Assembly (NCBI GenBank): GCA_050250935.1
Contig: JBFWNS010000004.1
Coordinates: forward strand, 64,001 to 128,000
Reading direction: 5' to 3'
From: Candidatus Margulisiibacteriota bacterium
GTDB taxonomy: Bacteria; Margulisbacteria; Marinamargulisbacteria; JBFWNS01
Length of the DNA: 64,000 bases
How positions within the stretch are numbered: position 1 is the first letter of the stretch; each line of letters opens with the position of its first letter. Of the stretch, positions 19,924 through 30,060 are shown in pieces. The notes under the pieces are model-generated. The model did not search any database, was not told the origin of the DNA, and worked only from the letters and a program-made list of their open reading frames with translations. A program made the position numbers and the translations under genes.

Positions 19924-20477
19924 TCATCGACAACTTTGATTCTTTTACCTACAACCTGGTCCAATATTTGGGCGAATTGGGTGCCGATATTCGGGTCTAC
20001 CGCAACAACGCCATCACCGTAGGCGAGCTTCGGGCACTAAAGCCCAGCCACATTGTGATTTCGCCTGGCCCAGGCCGCCCAGAAGATGCTGGGATTTCTC
20101 CAACGGTTATTAAAGAACTACACCCAGAATTTCCCATTTTAGGGGTGTGTTTGGGGCACCAAGCCATTGGTCAGGTGTTTGGGGCCACCGTCACCTATGC
20201 CCCCAGCTTGATGCATGGCAAAACATCCCCCGTTATTCACAATGGCACCGGGGTTTTTAAAAACCTCCCCTCCCCTTTGACCGCCACGCGTTATCACTCG
20301 CTGGTGGTGGACGAAGCCACGTTGCCAGCCGAACTGGTTAAAACCGCTTGGACCCAAGATGGGGTTTTAATGGGCATTTCCCACCGCAATTTCCCCTTGC
20401 ACGGCATTCAGTTTCACCCCGAATCGATTTTAACCGAGCATGGCAAAGACATGCTGAAAAACTTTTTGGAGATCTAG
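19914..20477 (+). CDS. trpG: Anthranilate synthase component II / PabA glutamine amidotransferase
   Basis: [27 protein letters not shown]. Confidence 0.93.
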   Translation: MLVVIDNFDSFTYNLVQYLGELGADIRVYRNNAITVGELRALKPSHIVISPGPGRPEDAGISPTVIKELHPEFPILGVCLGHQAIGQVFGATVTYAPSLMHGKTSPVIHNGTGVFKNLPSPLTATRYHSLVVDEATLPAELVKTAWTQDGVLMGISHRNFPLHGIQFHPESILTEHGKDMLKNFLEI

Positions 20478-20479
20478 CC

Positions 20480-21559
20480 CTGTTTCGCCGACTTTTGGTG
20501 GCCGGAATCGCGTTGCTGCTGGTGTCGTATCCGCTGTTTTACACCCAGTACAAACATTACAACCTTCACCATTTCCCCCAAGACAGCCCCATTTATCTGC
20601 GCATGGCCGAACATCCGTTCTCCAACACAGAAACCAGCCCGTTTCGGTATCGGGTTTTAACCCCATTGTTGGTTAAAATAACCCCATTTATTCCCACCTA
20701 TCACACCACACTGGAAAGCAAGCTAGCCCCCCAAACCCAAGCGTTATTTTTTCGGTTTATGGTGATCAATTATCTCTGGCTACTCTTAAGCGCTGTGGTG
20801 ATTTTTGAGCTATGCTACACCCAGTTTGGGCTGAGTATGGGCCTGTCTTTATTGGGGGGAATGGCGGTTTTGACAGCCTTTACCAGCATTAGCAACGGCT
20901 ATATTCCCATGACAGACGCCGGCACCTTGTTTTTTATTACCACCCTATTTTGGGTGATGAAACAAAACCGCCCTTGGTTGTTTTTGGGACTGGCCTTGGT
21001 GGGGGTTTTGCAAAAAGAAACCGTGATTGCAGTTGCCGTATTTTTGGTGATCTTGTCGTTTTGGAAATCGGACAACCCGCGCAGGACTTGGGTGTTTCTT
21101 GGGGCGTTAATCCCGGCCATAATGCTGTATGCAGGACTCAAACACCTCTGGCCTGCCCCCGCTTTTTTTGGGATGGAAACAGGCGATTTTGGAACCGGCC
21201 TTCAGAATCTGCTGAACCCCAACGTCTTGGCCGACAAGGAAGCCCTCAGCCAAATTGGGCTGGGATTTTTGCCTTTCTTTATGGCTGGTCTTACCCATCT
21301 GGGCTTGTGGATCAAAGGCAGGTCCCTGACTTTTCCAAAGGCCTATCTGGCCCTTTTCCCCATTTTGTTGATCATGGGACTGTATTTGGGCATCGGTGCT
21401 GGCAATATCGCCCGGGTGATCGGGTTTGGGTTACCGGTGTTTATTCCCTATGCCCTGACCGTTTTTTCGGCAGTCTTATCAAAAAAGCCTAAAAATAAGC
21501 CTCGAACTCGCGATAATACGCAGCCACCAAACCGTCGGCCTTTGCGAACTGTTGTTTGA
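20480..21559 (+). CDS. Polytopic membrane protein, GT-C-like (start uncertain, possibly CTG)
   Basis: About 10 hydrophobic segments; DS..Y, PFRYRVLTP, KE motifs; GGAG 8 nt before in-frame CTG 20480. Confidence 0.65.
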   Translation: MFRRLLVAGIALLLVSYPLFYTQYKHYNLHHFPQDSPIYLRMAEHPFSNTETSPFRYRVLTPLLVKITPFIPTYHTTLESKLAPQTQALFFRFMVINYLWLLLSAVVIFELCYTQFGLSMGLSLLGGMAVLTAFTSISNGYIPMTDAGTLFFITTLFWVMKQNRPWLFLGLALVGVLQKETVIAVAVFLVILSFWKSDNPRRTWVFLGALIPAIMLYAGLKHLWPAPAFFGMETGDFGTGLQNLLNPNVLADKEALSQIGLGFLPFFMAGLTHLGLWIKGRSLTFPKAYLALFPILLIMGLYLGIGAGNIARVIGFGLPVFIPYALTVFSAVLSKKPKNKPRTRDNTQPPNRRPLRTVV

Positions 21560-22982
21560 AAAAAACAGGAACGGGCGGACAATAGACCTTCAGTGCAGCA
21601 ATTTGCCGCAAGACCATCCAATACCAACGCCATTTGGGGTTCAGGTGATGAATCAGGGTAATGTCCTTGCGCATCAAAAAATCCACCATCGACACCACCT
21701 GCCACTTGGGAATCACCACAGGAATCAGATGGTGATGATACTGGCGAAACCGCAACGCCTGCTTGTGGGTTTCCACCACCACAACAGCCGGTAACCCAGC
21801 AATTTTAGCCAATTCGACATAATGGCCTGCCAACCGATAGTCGGGCTCTGTTGCATCCCCGTCCAAGGCAATCATCACGTTCATGGATGCGACGAACCAG
21901 GCTTGCTTCATGGCCCCATCGTCGGGAAGGGTTGGGTTCCCCAACACCGCTTGAACCGCCTGGTCCACCCGATCCACCGTCAAAGCCTCCAAACAATCCG
22001 GCAACCGGCACCGATAGGGATTACACACATAAGGACAAGCCGAAGGATTCCCCACAACCCGGTTTGGCGTCTGCCAAGGCCCCCAGCGCAGGGATTTAAC
22101 AAACTTGGTCGGCGAAACGGAAACCACTGGCACCTTTAAGGCCGCTGCCATATGGGTGGGCCCTGTATCCGTCCCAATCACCACCCGACACAGGGCAATG
22201 ACGGCTTTCAGTTGCTCCAATGACGTTTTGCCGGCCAAAACCAGGGGCTTCGACTGGGCCGTAGCCACCATGCGAGCCACCAGATCCAAATCTTTTTGGC
22301 CAAAGCCTGTCACCACCACATTATGGGGTCCTTCGGCTTTAATGCGGTCGATTAAACGCCCATAGGCCTCGGGAATCCAGTGACGATTCCCTCCCCCGCT
22401 AGAGGGATGAATCATCACCAAGGGTTCGCCTGTCCAGCCCGCTTCGGCAAGCAGGGTTTGGGCATCGACCTTGGCTTGGGCATCGATGGCCAGATCCATG
22501 GTTAAATTGGGCATCAGCTTGGCCGCCTTCCAGACCTTCACCAAGGGTTCAACCAGCTTCAAATTTTGCTCGGTTTCGTGCATCAACGCATTACGAAAGG
22601 GAATGGGAACTGGATGGGTTAAAAAAGGCCGAATCCCCAGTTTATTGCCATCGGCAATGCGTATGGGAATGCGGGCCAAAAACATCAACCGAACATAATA
22701 ATCGTCGGAAAAAGGCAATAAAACAGCATCAAAGTGTTTGTCTTTAAGAAAACGGGCATAGGCCAGGGTGTCTTTAAAGCTTTGGATTTTTCCGGCTTTT
22801 TTCCAGTCCAAAATCACCTCGTCCACCTGCGGATGATTGTCCAAAATCGCCTGGGTATAGGGTTGTAATAAAACGCTAATCTGGCAATCGGGAAAGGTGG
22901 TTTTGAGGGTGTTAATCAAGGGAATCATCAACACCACGTCCCCAATGGCGTCGGGGCGAACCAGCAAAATGCGTTTACTCAT
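21489..22982 (-). CDS. Glycosyltransferase family 9 with C-terminal extension
   Basis: RPDAIGDVVL, DTGPTHMAAAL, RWGP. Confidence 0.88.
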   Translation of the reverse strand: MSKRILLVRPDAIGDVVLMIPLINTLKTTFPDCQISVLLQPYTQAILDNHPQVDEVILDWKKAGKIQSFKDTLAYARFLKDKHFDAVLLPFSDDYYVRLMFLARIPIRIADGNKLGIRPFLTHPVPIPFRNALMHETEQNLKLVEPLVKVWKAAKLMPNLTMDLAIDAQAKVDAQTLLAEAGWTGEPLVMIHPSSGGGNRHWIPEAYGRLIDRIKAEGPHNVVVTGFGQKDLDLVARMVATAQSKPLVLAGKTSLEQLKAVIALCRVVIGTDTGPTHMAAALKVPVVSVSPTKFVKSLRWGPWQTPNRVVGNPSACPYVCNPYRCRLPDCLEALTVDRVDQAVQAVLGNPTLPDDGAMKQAWFVASMNVMIALDGDATEPDYRLAGHYVELAKIAGLPAVVVVETHKQALRFRQYHHHLIPVVIPKWQVVSMVDFLMRKDITLIHHLNPKWRWYWMVLRQIAALKVYCPPVPVFFKQQFAKADGLVAAYYREFEAYF

Positions 22983-24408
22983 CCCCATCTCTAAACCGAT
23001 TAAAAAAGGGAATTTGCGCAAAAGCAGCACGATAGACAGACAAATAGTCGGAGGCTGCAACATAGTGTTGAAAGGGCACCGACACCAAAACCGGGGGATA
23101 GGTTTTACGCACCGCACCGATCCAAAAGCGAATTAAAGAAACCCAAAGTCCCGACAAGTGTGTGCTTTGAATCACGGTGGCATTTCGTTGTAAAAGATAG
23201 CGAATTAAAATCGGCAAAGACCAAAAGCCGCTATACAAAAACGGAAACACAATCAATCCTTCCTTTTTTGCAGCCGAAGCAACCCGTTCGACATACATAA
23301 ATTCTTTAATGGTTTTGACCACCACCACCACCCGAATGGCAGCCAACCAATGGGCCTGTCGAATATCGGCATACGATTTTGGCGGCTCTTGAAGGCGGTT
23401 CACCAAGTTCGAAAAGGCCAAAGAAAGCACCTCTGTGGTTAGCCAGGTTTGGCAAGCAGCCGTACACAGATCTGGGGTTAAATGCGCCGAACACGCGTAG
23501 TCTTTGCGCAAAATTTCAAAATAAGGGGTGATGGGACCCCATCTTGAGGGGGCATTCACTTTAAGCGGGGAAAAGAACAAAATGGGTTTTTGAAGAGCGG
23601 CGGCCAAATGGGTAGGCCCTGTATCCGAGCCAATATAGACATCGCAAGCCGACACAAATCCGGCCAATTCCGGAAAGGTCGTTTGATTGACCAAATTCAA
23701 AACCAGGGGATGAAAAACAGGCACCTCAGCAGCCTGTCCCAAGACCACAACGTTGACTGTTTTTTCGTGGGCCAGACGGTTTAAAAACTCAGTTGCAACA
23801 GCTTCGGGAATGGGGATATTGCTACCCCCCGTCCCCCAAAAAAAGACAACAACTGGTTGCTCTTCCTTAAAAAAATGGGCCAACATGCCCTTGGCTTTGG
23901 TTAACAAGGGTTCAGCCAAGACCAACCCTGCAGAGGGGGTTTCAACATCCACCCGCAACGGGGCCAAAAGATCCAAATTAAATTCAACCTGATGCCTGCA
24001 AAAATCTTCCCAGTGTTGACGAACGGGATGGGTATAAAGCCACCCCAAAGACACATTGGTACTGTCGCCCAACCGAACAGGAATTCGGGCCAAATAGCCC
24101 AACCAGGCCATCCAGGGATCGTTCCACAACGACACATACAAATCGTAGCGCTGCGCACGAATTTCGTGGACCCACTCCCAAAACCGGCTCATCCACGGCT
24201 TTGCAGACCAGTCCAGAATCCACACCCGATGCACGCGATCGTCCAATTTTAAAACTTCGGCCCCAATCGCCGAGGTCAGAACATGAATTTCGGCCTGGGG
24301 ATAGGCTTGTTGAAGGGCCGTGATCACGGGCAAAGCCAAGATCATATCCCCAAGCCGGTCGGCCCGTTGAATCAGAATTTTTTGACGGGGTTTAGGTGGG
24401 TTGGACAT
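22975..24408 (-). CDS. Glycosyltransferase family 9 with C-terminal extension
   Basis: RADRLGDMIL, DTGPTHLAAAL, RWGP. Confidence 0.88.
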   Translation of the reverse strand: MSNPPKPRQKILIQRADRLGDMILALPVITALQQAYPQAEIHVLTSAIGAEVLKLDDRVHRVWILDWSAKPWMSRFWEWVHEIRAQRYDLYVSLWNDPWMAWLGYLARIPVRLGDSTNVSLGWLYTHPVRQHWEDFCRHQVEFNLDLLAPLRVDVETPSAGLVLAEPLLTKAKGMLAHFFKEEQPVVVFFWGTGGSNIPIPEAVATEFLNRLAHEKTVNVVVLGQAAEVPVFHPLVLNLVNQTTFPELAGFVSACDVYIGSDTGPTHLAAALQKPILFFSPLKVNAPSRWGPITPYFEILRKDYACSAHLTPDLCTAACQTWLTTEVLSLAFSNLVNRLQEPPKSYADIRQAHWLAAIRVVVVVKTIKEFMYVERVASAAKKEGLIVFPFLYSGFWSLPILIRYLLQRNATVIQSTHLSGLWVSLIRFWIGAVRKTYPPVLVSVPFQHYVAASDYLSVYRAAFAQIPFFNRFRDGDE

Positions 24409-25309
24409 ATTCATAGAAGGGTTCCATGGACTGAAAACCCAAGGAATCATAAAGGCGAATGGCCCCGGAATTGGTTAACGTCACAGCCAATCCCACAATC
24501 TCGTAACGTTCTTGATACAACTGATAGATCACCGCCTCAAACAGCGCCCGACCCAGCTTTTGACCCTGAAAATCGGGATGAATCGACAAATCGAAAATCC
24601 AAGGCACACGGTCGAATCCCCAACACACAATATCCACCACCAAACAGGCGCCAACCATCCGACCCTCTCGCTCCAGCACAAACGAGGCCGTAGGCGACAT
24701 GGGGCCAAAAACACCGCCATAAATTTTACGTTCCAAAGCCTCGCGAGTCGCTAAATTTTTAAGATCGGGATAACTGGGTTGATCTTGGCTAATTAAATGC
24801 GCCGCCAAACTAAGGGCACTGGAGGGCAGGACATCGGCATCAGTAACGGGGCGAAGTACATAGGGGGGCGGAATTTCGGGTAGTTTTGGGGCTTGGTTCA
24901 GTTCCAAAAACATGCGCTTTCTGGGGTTTTCCAAAAACCCACCGGCCCGAATCGTGGCCCGGGTATCGGGATGCAGTTCATAGGTAATCAGCTCCATCAA
25001 TTTTTGATGGATTAAGCCGCTGTCCAAAAGCCCCTGAACCAACACTGGCTGGTCGTTTAAATCCAAAGAATGAAAGACCATGTTGCCATAGTTTTCGGTA
25101 ACCATATCCGCCCAAACAAACCCAGCGGGTTCGTCATTCTTTTTCAAAAGAAGCCCAGGCAAAAGCCCAGCCAAAATGGCCTGCTTTTTCTCGTCAAAAA
25201 TTGGCTTCATGTTGGGGACCCCACGGGCCTCACACCTGGCAACCAAATCGTCGAGCAAAAAGGCCAGTGCAGCCTCGTCGTTTTGAAGGGGAAAAAAGGC
25301 GTGGGTCAT
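24392..25309 (-). CDS. GNAT family N-acetyltransferase
   Basis: IHPDFQGQKLG, N..AIRLYDSLGF. Confidence 0.85.
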   Translation of the reverse strand: MTHAFFPLQNDEAALAFLLDDLVARCEARGVPNMKPIFDEKKQAILAGLLPGLLLKKNDEPAGFVWADMVTENYGNMVFHSLDLNDQPVLVQGLLDSGLIHQKLMELITYELHPDTRATIRAGGFLENPRKRMFLELNQAPKLPEIPPPYVLRPVTDADVLPSSALSLAAHLISQDQPSYPDLKNLATREALERKIYGGVFGPMSPTASFVLEREGRMVGACLVVDIVCWGFDRVPWIFDLSIHPDFQGQKLGRALFEAVIYQLYQERYEIVGLAVTLTNSGAIRLYDSLGFQSMEPFYEYVQPT

Positions 25310-25358
25310 GGGTATAGTTATACTGTATTTTTGGGGGTTTGATAACCGCAAAGAACCA

Positions 25359-27218
25359 TTATTTTCCGCTGTTACGAAGAACCCAAGACGAGCGACACAC
25401 CTGATCCATCGTGGGTCGTGCAGCAGGGTCTTCTTGCAAGCAGTCTAGAATGAGCCGTCCCATATCCTGTAAGTTAGCGTTATTAGAGCGCAAAAGAACC
25501 CTGTCTACCCACAGTTTTGCATCATCCGACCACTTGAAAATGGGATTTTGATCACTACTCCCCCTTTCTCCCACCAACACATGATCGCGATACTTTGAAA
25601 AATCATCACCCTGCACGGCCCTTAACAAAGAAACCCCAAACGCCCACGTATCCACCTTGGGAAGGTCTAGCTTGGCCACATCTTGTGGCGAACGCCACAC
25701 GGATAACGCTTCCGGCGGATAAAAAGTCCCCCCAAAATTTTTTGGATTAAATCCCAGGGCCTCCAAATCCTGAACCCCGACTGGAACCGTAAATCCCAAA
25801 TCGGACAATTGAACATGCCCCTCCACATCAACCAGCAGATTTTCTGCTTTAAAATCTTGATGAACAACGCCTTCAGCATGAATATCCCGAAGCGATTTTG
25901 CAGCCTCCACCAATCCTCGCCATAAGGGCAACCCCGCTGCATAGGTATGGGGAGTGGCATTGATCTGGTGATCCCGGCTCTGAACCACTTCGCTAAAAGA
26001 TCCTTGAGCCAACGGCATCAAAATGCCGATAAAATGTTTTTTTCCGGGGTATTGATGCGCATCCAAAATAGAGGCAACAGAACGTACTTTTTGCAAGCGA
26101 TCATGCATAGCGACTTCCCTAAAAATCGAAAACAACTCTCTAAAAGTTCGAGGAGCTTGTTTTTTGTGGGCAACTGTTTGATCAGAGTCCAACTGGTGCG
26201 CCAATCGAACACGACCGAAACTCCCCCGCCCCAATTGCTGTTCATCTCGACTTAATGCATTCAGAAACGCATAGGTTCCGGAAGGCAACGCCTCCACAGG
26301 CTTAGGGGTTTTGGATGGCCCTAACGCGGGCTGTAACTTATTTCGAGATTCAAAATGGGTAAAAATGATAATGTCTTTTACAGGCGGGGTCAGGGTTTCT
26401 CTAATGGTATCTCCGAACCGATCTAAGACCATTAAAAACATCATTTTTTGATTCACCATAGAAACACGCCGATCAGGACTAGCTTCAACTTGTCTTTTCT
26501 CAAAAGTCTTCCAAATCTCTAGAAAATAATCCCTATGCGGCAATGACAATGAACCTTCTTTTGATGCCGTCACAGCAGCATTAAAAAAGGGCATTAAAAG
26601 GGTATTGGCCTCAAACATATGGGTGGAATTTAAACAATCATCTCCCATCACACTCATGAGGGTAGAAACACAGTCTTCAGGCGACAATGAAGGGTCAAGT
26701 GATCTCGAAACCACGGGTGCAGGGGATATCGCCGCAGCTGCCGGTGCCGCTTCTTGCACATAAGACGGTCGAGCCAGATCCCTTGCGTGAGGATAACCAG
26801 CAAAAGGATCTGGAGTCGAAACAGCAGCCATCTGAATAGGAATCGTTTGAGTAGAAGGTCTAGATTGTTTGGCCACCAAAGCTGCTCGAATTCTAGATTC
26901 GTGTGGGCTTGAAAAATCTACAGATAATAACTCCCGATAAAACCGGGCATAAGCTGCGTCAACAGAGCCTAATTTCGGTTTATCCGATTTTACTTTTGAA
27001 CGGGTAAATTTTTGGACCGCCATATTGTCCAACAATTCCCCCAAGCGGGGTACCAAGAGTGGGTTTTTATCCAAAACGCCAATTAAAGTCGAAATTAATC
27101 GCTCTGAAGAGGGGTTTCCAACAATCCCACGTTTCGCCATCTTATACACATCGGGAAGCTGAACCGGATAAACACCCCTACCCGAAAGATATCCCAATGG
27201 CGCTGTAAGCATATCCAT
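25359..27218 (-). CDS. Eukaryote-like Ser/Thr protein kinase with long N-terminal extension
   Basis: LGRGSFGRV, VAHK, HQDFKAENLL, SDLG, YPPE, DTWAFG, PAARP. Confidence 0.85.
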   Translation of the reverse strand: MDMLTAPLGYLSGRGVYPVQLPDVYKMAKRGIVGNPSSERLISTLIGVLDKNPLLVPRLGELLDNMAVQKFTRSKVKSDKPKLGSVDAAYARFYRELLSVDFSSPHESRIRAALVAKQSRPSTQTIPIQMAAVSTPDPFAGYPHARDLARPSYVQEAAPAAAAISPAPVVSRSLDPSLSPEDCVSTLMSVMGDDCLNSTHMFEANTLLMPFFNAAVTASKEGSLSLPHRDYFLEIWKTFEKRQVEASPDRRVSMVNQKMMFLMVLDRFGDTIRETLTPPVKDIIIFTHFESRNKLQPALGPSKTPKPVEALPSGTYAFLNALSRDEQQLGRGSFGRVRLAHQLDSDQTVAHKKQAPRTFRELFSIFREVAMHDRLQKVRSVASILDAHQYPGKKHFIGILMPLAQGSFSEVVQSRDHQINATPHTYAAGLPLWRGLVEAAKSLRDIHAEGVVHQDFKAENLLVDVEGHVQLSDLGFTVPVGVQDLEALGFNPKNFGGTFYPPEALSVWRSPQDVAKLDLPKVDTWAFGVSLLRAVQGDDFSKYRDHVLVGERGSSDQNPIFKWSDDAKLWVDRVLLRSNNANLQDMGRLILDCLQEDPAARPTMDQVCRSSWVLRNSGK

Positions 27219-27328
27219 TTTCCTCGCTTTCTCTAACACAATCTACCAATCAAGATGCCCCATTTTTGCACAGATTAAACACCGCAGCATTGCCACAGTT
27301 CCACCCAACTCGGTACACTAAATCCCAG

Positions 27329-28276
27329 ATGAGCACAGACACTGTAACCCAAAAACCCCGCCTAAAATCCAACTATTATTACCTGGGCGACGAACTTCGC
27401 GAAACCTTTGGTCAAAAGGTGTACAAAATTTCTTTGGATTCCGGCTTTACCTGCCCCACCCGAGACGGCAGCAAAGGCACCAAAGGATGCTTTTATTGTG
27501 GTCAAACGGGGTCTCACTATTCGAATGCCGTGTATACCCGAACGGTGGCCACGCAAATCGAAGAAGGCAAATCGTTTATGAGAAACCGCCACGGCGCGGA
27601 TAAATTCATTGCTTATTTTCAATCGTATACCTCGACTTATGGGGACGTGTCACTCTTGAAAGCCAAACTTGGTGAAGCTTTGGAAGACCCAGACATTGTG
27701 GGCCTAAACCTCTCGACCCGCCCCGATTGTTTGGACGACGAACGTTTGGCCATTTTGGCCGAGCATATGCTAGACAAATACCACTGGCTGGAATTGGGGT
27801 TGGAATCGGGCCACGATTCGGTGCTAAAACGCTGCGGCCGAGGCCATGGCTATGCCGAATTTGAAACCACCTTTAAACAAGCCAAAGCCCGTGGATTCCG
27901 AATTTGTGTCCACCTCATTTTAGGGCTCCCCGGCGAAACCGACGAAATGGCTATCGACACCATGAAACGCCTTGCCGATTTGGGCATCGATGGGATTAAA
28001 TTGCACAACCTCCACATCATCAAAAACAGTGTGTTCGAATTGGAATACAAGCTCAATCGAATTCCCCTGATGTCCCTACCCGAATACTGCGACTTGGTAG
28101 GCCGCATTCTGCCCCAGATTCCCGAAAATGTCGTGATTCACCGCCTGACCGGTGAAGCGCCCCCCAATTTAATGCTGGCCCCCGATTGGTCCTTTAACAA
28201 AGCCAAAGCCATGAACGCCTTGGACACCTTTATTATTGAAAAACAGATTGTTCAGGGATCTAACTTTAGGCCCTAA
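27329..28276 (+). CDS. Radical SAM protein, TIGR01212 (YhcC/YtqA) family
   Basis: FTCPTRDG..G..GCFYC, STRPDC, ELGLES, GIKLHNL, IHRLTG. Confidence 0.9.
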   Translation: MSTDTVTQKPRLKSNYYYLGDELRETFGQKVYKISLDSGFTCPTRDGSKGTKGCFYCGQTGSHYSNAVYTRTVATQIEEGKSFMRNRHGADKFIAYFQSYTSTYGDVSLLKAKLGEALEDPDIVGLNLSTRPDCLDDERLAILAEHMLDKYHWLELGLESGHDSVLKRCGRGHGYAEFETTFKQAKARGFRICVHLILGLPGETDEMAIDTMKRLADLGIDGIKLHNLHIIKNSVFELEYKLNRIPLMSLPEYCDLVGRILPQIPENVVIHRLTGEAPPNLMLAPDWSFNKAKAMNALDTFIIEKQIVQGSNFRP

Positions 28277-29307
28277 AACCAGGTTGCCACCGAGGTTGTC
28301 ACCAACCATACTTTAGAGGCGGTATTCTCCAAAAAGAGGGCATCTTTGGCGTGTTGATATTGCAATTCCGAACGCCATAGGGCGTTGTCGCAAAGGGTGT
28401 AATCCGCATTAACCGATGCCCCAGAAATTTGGGTGCCGTTGGGGGTTCCACTGGTGGTCACCACTTGGTCGGGGTCGCTGTAGCGCTGAATGCGCCAGCC
28501 AAAGGCCCAGCGGTCTGTGGCCTGATACCGGCTCATCAACGCAAAACCCTGCCAAGCCTAACCTGCCTCGAACCCAAAATCCGCCAAAACAGCCAAAGTG
28601 GTTTTGTCGTCGAGCTGAAGTTGGGCGAATAAGTTATGAAAATGTCGAAAGCGTTCTGGTCTTTCGTTGCCCAAAAAAGTGCCATAATTAAACAAAAACG
28701 CCTCGGTGGGTTGATAGATCAACTGTGTCCCCAACGCCAAAGAGGTGTTGGGATTGGAAATGTGATTCCAGCCATTAAAGACCATCCCAGACAAGGTTAG
28801 CTGATCGGAATAGGCATAGGTTGCCTTAACCCCTGTTTCAAAAAAGGGCACATTGTCCCACAACAGCGAGCGGCTCAAGGTCATGTTGTCCTTGCCAAGC
28901 ACAGCTTCGTAGCCCAAATGCGAGGGTAAAATACCCATATCCACCCAAAGCCTATCCGACACCTTAACCCCAAAATTGGCCTGAGAAAAATAGGGGTACA
29001 CCCCAGGTTCCAAGGCCGAGTTTATGTGGGGAAACGACCCAGTTTGAAGCCCAAAGTTAAACCGAACTGCCTTGCCGGTATACGAAGCCGAAAGGGCAGC
29101 CAGGTTAATCGCTGGGTGTTGAAGCTGGGTATAGGATCCCCCAACAGGGGTATACACCGAAGGTGCTCCCCCCGAAAGCGACTGGTTATAATAGGCTTCG
29201 GTATAGCCATGGAGGGTCCAAGATCCTTCTTCGGCCAACAGCAAAGAAGTCCCACTACAAAAAAAGGCCGCTACTATCAAAAGTCGTTGGAAATAAAACA
29301 TGCTCAT
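28273..29307 (-). pseudogene. Outer-membrane beta-barrel porin interrupted by one in-frame TAG at 28558-28560
   Basis: ORFs 28558-29307 and 28273-28539 share a frame: ...FEAG*AWQGFALMSRY...; signal peptide and C-terminal WF. Confidence 0.8.
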
Positions 29308-29403
29308 TCTGTTCCCTGGTTTTGGTTTTCTTTAAACATAAATCCCAACAGTGTAGCAGATTATCCCCAAAACCAAGACCGGTTCTTGAGTGATATTCTT
29401 GGA

Positions 29404-29442
29404 CTTTATAACTCAAAAAGAACCAAAAAATGAGTTATAAAG
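29404..29442. repeat. 12-bp perfect inverted repeat CTTTATAACTCA-N15-TGAGTTATAAAG
   Basis: Read directly in the porin/lexA divergent intergenic region. Confidence 0.8.
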
Positions 29443-29447
29443 CAAGA

Positions 29448-29477
29448 TTGACATACTGAACAATTGTTCAGTATCCT
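29448..29477 (+). promoter_or_regulatory. lexA promoter with 22-bp perfect palindromic operator (SOS box)
   Basis: TTGACA 29448-29453, TATCCT 29472-29477; ATACTGAACAATTGTTCAGTAT 29453-29474. Confidence 0.85.
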
Positions 29478-29483
29478 AGGGAT

Positions 29484-30053
29484 ATGGAAAACACCATAGC
29501 CCTTTCCAAAGTTAAGACGTTTTTTCAAAAAAACCATCGGTTACCGTCTTACACCGAAATGCTCGCCCTTTTTGGGGTGAAATCCCGCAACGCCGTTTTT
29601 GAACGCGTTCAGCGCTGGATCAAACAAGGCCAACTCGCCCAGGATGGCCGAAAACTATCTCCTGGCACCAAATTTTTCGAGCTTCCTGTTTTGGGAAGCA
29701 TCAAAGCCGGTCTTCCCACAGAGGCCGGGGTCTACGATGGCGAAACCTATTCCCTGACCCACCTGATGGCCGGAAACCTGGGCGCACTGTATCTGCTCCA
29801 TGTATCCGGCGACAGCATGATTAACGAAGGCATTCGCCCAGGTGATTTGGTGATTCTAGACAAACACCGGGCCGCCAAACAAGGCGACATCGTGGCCGCC
29901 TTAATCGACTACGACTGGACCCTCAAATATTTTAACAAAGGCAAAGAAGGCGTCTTCCTAACCGCTGCCAACCCCAAATATCCACCCCTCCATCCCAAAG
30001 ACAGCCTGGTCATCGGCGGCGTCGTCACCAAGGTGGTGAGGGAGTATTATTGA
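29484..30053 (+). CDS. lexA: LexA family repressor (S24)
   Basis: N-terminal wHTH (PSYTEM), Ala-Gly site IKAG, GDSM Ser, TLK Lys. Confidence 0.85.
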   Translation: MENTIALSKVKTFFQKNHRLPSYTEMLALFGVKSRNAVFERVQRWIKQGQLAQDGRKLSPGTKFFELPVLGSIKAGLPTEAGVYDGETYSLTHLMAGNLGALYLLHVSGDSMINEGIRPGDLVILDKHRAAKQGDIVAALIDYDWTLKYFNKGKEGVFLTAANPKYPPLHPKDSLVIGGVVTKVVREYY

Positions 30054-30060
30054 GAGTTAT

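Noticed and set aside
28558..28560. Genome-wide TAG reassignment or pyrrolysine
   Set aside because: TAG ends conserved genes here at the expected positions (trpE, trpG, efp, cysK); no pyl genes in window
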